In this document: in pieces, positions 30,377 through 34,403 of the stretch
Layout of the letters: each line of letters starts with the position of its first letter
How positions within the stretch are numbered: position 1 is the first letter of the stretch
Assembly: GCA_009602735.1 (NCBI GenBank)
Contig: WELA01000937.1
Span: 142,517 to 176,919 of the forward strand
Direction of reading: 5' to 3'
From: Mesotaenium endlicherianum
Lineage: Eukaryota
DNA: 34,403 nt
Position numbers and translations under genes: made by a program
The notes under the pieces: generated by a model
Told to the model about the DNA's origin: nothing
The model's database searches: none
The model's input: only the letters and a program-made list of their open reading frames with translations

Positions 30377-32461
30377 CGCTTCTGTGGGGTGGAGAGGGAG
30401 GGGTGGGTGNCGAGGTCTCAGATCTCTTAAGGTTCACATGTTTCGTAATGCGACGTACTTCAGTCCTCAAGGCTATTTGACGACGTACCACGTCACTGCA
30501 TTCTAGATGGGGAGGGTAAGGCACGAGCAAGAAGGGGAGACGGGGAAGGGGGGGGGAGGCGGAAGTGGAGCCCGGCTCATGGGTGCTCTCACTATCTGAT
30601 CAGGTCTGCAGAATTTTTAGTCGAGTACTAATCAATCTATCAGGAGGGAGTGCCAAACCGTAAGAAATCCAGGCCTCTGCCATGTACATAACCGAGGTGG
30701 AAGCCATTATCCATTCTTTCAGCTCCAGGTGCATATGCTCGATCGCGCATTCTCCTCACATACTCATCTTTGGCAGGTGACCTTTCTCCACGTGAGTGAG
30801 TGAGGCAAGCCCCTCTGGTGGTTTTGGCCCCTGAGATTATTCTGTTGTATTTCTGCTGTGCTCGATCCAATATACTTATGCAAAAAGCTTCCATATATAG
30901 CAGTCTGTATAACGCCTCTGGAGGTCCCCTTGCGCGTGTTACAGAAGGATGCGTGCATATGCATGCATGCATGGCCAGCTTTGTCCAAGGTTTCCATGTC
31001 AGAAACTGTGCACAATGTATATATATGTACATCAGGCTTTTTTGCACGCCAGTTGCAGCCCAAGTGTGTACGTTCGCCGATGGACGCTTCAGATCACCAC
31101 GTCACCCCCAACTGGGATGTATGCGAGCCTGAGGCTTGGGTCCTCAGCACACACATTCACTTACGGCATGCACTGCAAAGCAAGCGACTCTTGCAACCCA
31201 TGCCTAATGAGGCATGATGCGGTAGCCCATTACATATGATATTTCGGTATAGGACTTCATCCGCCTTTGGGACACACAACCAACAAATGTTTGTTCAACT
31301 TGTGTCTCCGCAAAAAATTGAGCATTTGTGCAAGTGTGCGATAAGTAAAGAACAAGTTACACACTCAATTTGTCAAGCTCTTCAGTCGCCCAGGAACACA
31401 GGCCTCCCAGTCCGTATGTGTTTGCCAAGCTCCAAATATCATGATTACAACACTACTATGCTACATACAGGGCCCGCCCGAGCTCTAGATCTTACGAATC
31501 ATGAAGCATGAACCCTTCTCGACAGCACACTTGCCAGGCGGCGAGAATGCCAACCAATCCTTTGAACTTCAGTCAACGCTCAGACTCCTCTAAACTTGAC
31601 TGTATTGTACACCTCATCAATCTCTGGGCCTGTCTGGGGACTGTGCTCATTTCTCCTAGTTGCACCTTACCCCCCTCCTCGGCCCGTCCTGCCAATCAGT
31701 GCCCCACCACTCTAGCGGCGCCCGCCACTCAAGTGTGACACCAGACAGACGTACGCACTGCAGACACTGAACAAACAAATGCACGGCATGTCAAACATAG
31801 TCCCCACTATCACTCGTGAGGCCCTCCCTGTATACCGACCAGCCTAACCAGCCCTAAACAGCAAGAGCCTACTCCCTCACAGCTCGTGAGGCCCTCTCAC
31901 AGTGCCATCTCCCCGGCAGCCTAAGCTGCAGGAGCATCTCCATATCGGCCGCCTGAACACATCTCCACCTCCAGAGGGGGGAGTAAGATCTGAAACTCCT
32001 TTCTTTTAGCCACAACGATCCAGAAGCACCTCCGCTCCAAGAGGAGTGCAACTGAAGCCCCTGTTCCCCTCAGTCAAAACCAAGCGCAGATTCAGCATCA
32101 ATCCACGCCCCACCCCCGTCCCCCGCTTCGAGCCAGCTACTACTACCGCTTCCAGCCAGAGCCCAGCAGAGCCCAGCCAGGAGACTCCAACTCCCCACAG
32201 CCCTCCCTCAGCCCCCACCCATCCGCGAGTGCTAGCCCCACCTCCGTGAGCCCTACGGCCCGTCAAATCCTCCCCCCGCTGGGCCAGCTGAAGCTCTGGA
32301 GCCAGTCCTCCCCGGAGCTCCTCCAATCAGCCGATCAGACACCTCTCCAAACCCCAAACCCGCCCTTACGGACACCACCCCGACCCCTCATCCTGACCCT
32401 CACCCTAATCCTAACCCTGGCACTAACAGGGCACACAGAAGCGCGCAGCCGGGCTCTCTGC

Positions 32462-33217
32462 TTACTGCTCGCTCCGGAGAAGAGGGGACATATTTGCCGC
32501 GCCTGCCACCGCCTCTTCCGCCGCCTCTGCCGCCGCCGCCTCCGCAGCAGGGGCAGGGGCAGCAGCAGGCGCACTGTCGCCCTTGGCGGCCGTTTCTGGT
32601 AGCCCAGCAGCAGCCTCCGTCGCAGCAGCAACAATGGCAGCAGCAGGAGCGCCTCCAGCACCCTCGGCAGCACTGCCGCCAGCCGACCTTGCCGCCCCCT
32701 TGACCTCCTTCATGGGGGCAGCCACTCGCACCTTCACAGCTCCCCCTCCCCCTCCTGCCGCTCCTGCCGCGCCTGGCGCTGCCTCGGTCACCGCACCCGG
32801 CTGCACGGCGGCAGCCGCCGCAGCAGCAGTTGCCGCTCGCACCCCGCCCTCCGCCGCATTGACGGCGCCGGCAGAGCCGGCCGCCACCTCGCCGGCGCCG
32901 CCATTGGGACCGCCGCGGGCAGCGACGCCGTGCTTGGCGGTGATGTAGGAGACGACGACAGTGATATCGTCCAGCTTGCCGCCGTAGAACCGGTAGCCCT
33001 CCTCCTGCGCCGCGCGCGCCCACGGGGACATGCGGTTCTTGTCCTCCGCGCGCACGCGCGCCAGCGTGGCGATGTGCTCGGCCGTCTTCTGGGGGCCCAG
33101 CCCCGCCTTGGTGGCGTGCACCACGATGGCCTTCACGTCGCCGTCGTACAGGTTGTCAAACAGCCCATCGGTGCCCAGCACCACGACATCCCCCGCTGCC
33201 ACCTGGACGGCAAAGAG
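32462..33217 (-). CDS. PTC7: Protein phosphatase 2C, PTC7/PPTC7 family (plant clade K-like), terminal exon; upstream exons not identified in the window
   Basis: Acceptor ...gcgcgcgcag at 33218, phase 0. The exon encodes LFAVQVAAGDVVVLGTDGLFDNLY...SPWARAAQEEGYRFYGGKLDDITVVVSY, which contains the DG and GGKxDDITVV metal-binding motifs of PTC7-type PP2Cs. An Ala/Gly/Glu-rich tail runs to the TAA at 32462. Confidence 0.9.
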   Translation of the reverse strand, partial: LFAVQVAAGDVVVLGTDGLFDNLYDGDVKAIVVHATKAGLGPQKTAEHIATLARVRAEDKNRMSPWARAAQEEGYRFYGGKLDDITVVVSYITAKHGVAARGGPNGGAGEVAAGSAGAVNAAEGGVRAATAAAAAAAVQPGAVTEAAPGAAGAAGGGGGAVKVRVAAPMKEVKGAARSAGGSAAEGAGGAPAAAIVAAATEAAAGLPETAAKGDSAPAAAPAPAAEAAAAEAAEEAVAGAANMSPLLRSEQ

Positions 33218-34403
33218 CTGCGCGCGCAAGCCGGGGAGGGGGAGGGGGAGGGGGNAGCTCGTCCTGTTCTCCTCGCACCACAGGAGAGCACACAAGAGCA
33301 GGTGTGAGAAAGTGATTCTGCTGCTGACATTCACGTACTGCTACAGCGCTCTAGGTGCAGACTTGAGTTACCTGGTGCTTGGTGTGCGATGGAGGAGCCT
33401 GACAAGCTTGCAAGCAGGGTGACAGCTGTAAGGTCAGCAGGGGGGAGGGGGGGGGGGGGCACAGGCAGTGAGAGGGTAAGCGGGTTGCCGGACACCGCCA
33501 CTTATCCTGCTGCCACCTGGACCGATACCAGCTGTGCGTGCAAGCAGGGGGGATGGAGGAAATGCAATGAGAGCTGTGAGGGGGTTGCCGAGCGCTACCA
33601 TAGCTCCAGCTGCAGCCTGGACTGCAGGCAGCTGCGTTGGGAGGCAAGGAACATGGAGGGTGTGCAGTTGGGGGAGGGTTGGCGGGCCAAGTTTGCTTCT
33701 GTGCGGGAAGGTTGAGGAAAGTAAGCACGAGGGATGCATGAAAAAAGGTAGAGGGAGAGGGAGAGGGGGAGGAGGGTGCACACACTTGCACCCTGAGAAA
33801 GGGGAGGACGCGAGCACAAGAAGGCGAAAAGAGCATTTTGTTGTGTGTGTCCAAAGAGGGAGGAGGGGAGAGGAGAAGGGGGGAGAGGAGAAGGGGGGAG
33901 AGGGCGGGGAAGAGATGGGACACGCTTGCACAAGGAACAACAGGAAAGGACATGAAGAGAGTGGGATCCCAAGCCTGGGGGGGAGGGGAAAGAAAAGCAC
34001 GCCAGAGCCTGCAATTGTAAACAGGCTCCTCGCACGAGCAAGTGCAAGCACTTGTGCGTGTGCATCACAGGCAGGCGTGCAAGCGCATGAACGCACTCCG
34101 AGGCACAGGACAGATAGACGCTCGACTGCTATCCCTTTGCGTACACATCCCGTCCATTTCAAAATCTCAGAGACAGTCATTGTCGTGACATCCGGGCGGC
34201 CTGGGCGGCAGGCGGGTACTTCCTGCGCGTCAGACATGCCACGGTTTGAGGACAACACGGCGGCGCTGCTGCACGCCTGGCGAGTGAGCACGACAAAAGA
34301 AGCCCAAAAGGGGACCACAGAATGAAGCACGAAAGAGAGAGGGGGCAGAAGAAAGTGCCTTCTGCAATGGGGTGGGGGGGAGAGAGGGAGACATGGGGGA
34401 TGG

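Noticed and set aside
31813..31896. 14-bp direct repeat CTCGTGAGGCCCTC, 70 bp apart, downstream of PP2C
   Set aside because: An isolated local duplication with no element structure between the copies.
32335..33422. Overlapping alternative-frame and antisense ORFs over the PP2C exon (also over NDC80 exons 3-4)
   Set aside because: An expected shadow of very high GC3 coding sequence, with no independent protein features.
33700..34403. Upstream PP2C exons within the long minus-strand ORFs 33351-33953 and 33434-34330
   Set aside because: No PTC7 motifs (for example NxGDSG or QQHxFNxPxQL) were found. The sequence is pyrimidine-rich intron, so the preceding exon probably lies beyond the window.

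Overview
Eukaryotic, intron-rich nuclear DNA from a green-lineage organism. The plant-type gene set, the nucleus-encoded plastid ribosomal protein and the microsatellite-filled introns suggest a streptophyte alga (inference). It is a draft assembly with N gaps, a 721-nt poly-G run and one 1.28-kb perfect duplication split by a single N. Five protein-coding genes were reconstructed by hand with GT-AG junctions and consistent exon phases: (1) the 5' part of a PA-domain signal peptide peptidase-like protease (minus, 5 exons, runs off the left edge); (2) a complete 8-exon type II membrane nucleotide pyrophosphatase/phosphodiesterase (plus, 552 aa); (3) an intronless plastid ribosomal protein S17 CDS (minus); (4) a complete 6-exon kinetochore NDC80 (plus, 619 aa); (5) the last exon of a PTC7-family PP2C phosphatase with a long Ala-rich tail (minus). 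Genes 1/2 and 3/4 are head-to-head pairs. Most entries in the ORF track are low-complexity or intronic noise. Two patterns are not explained by the gene models. First, decayed 'echo' copies of a splice acceptor plus the start of its exon are stacked in the intron just upstream of the real exon; this is clear for NPP exon 3 and the PP2C last exon. Second, there are quasi-periodic GTAC/TACGC motif arrays in the SPPL-NPP bidirectional promoter (~22-bp spacing) and in an NPP intron (~10-bp spacing). No rRNA, tRNA, CRISPR array or transposase was found.
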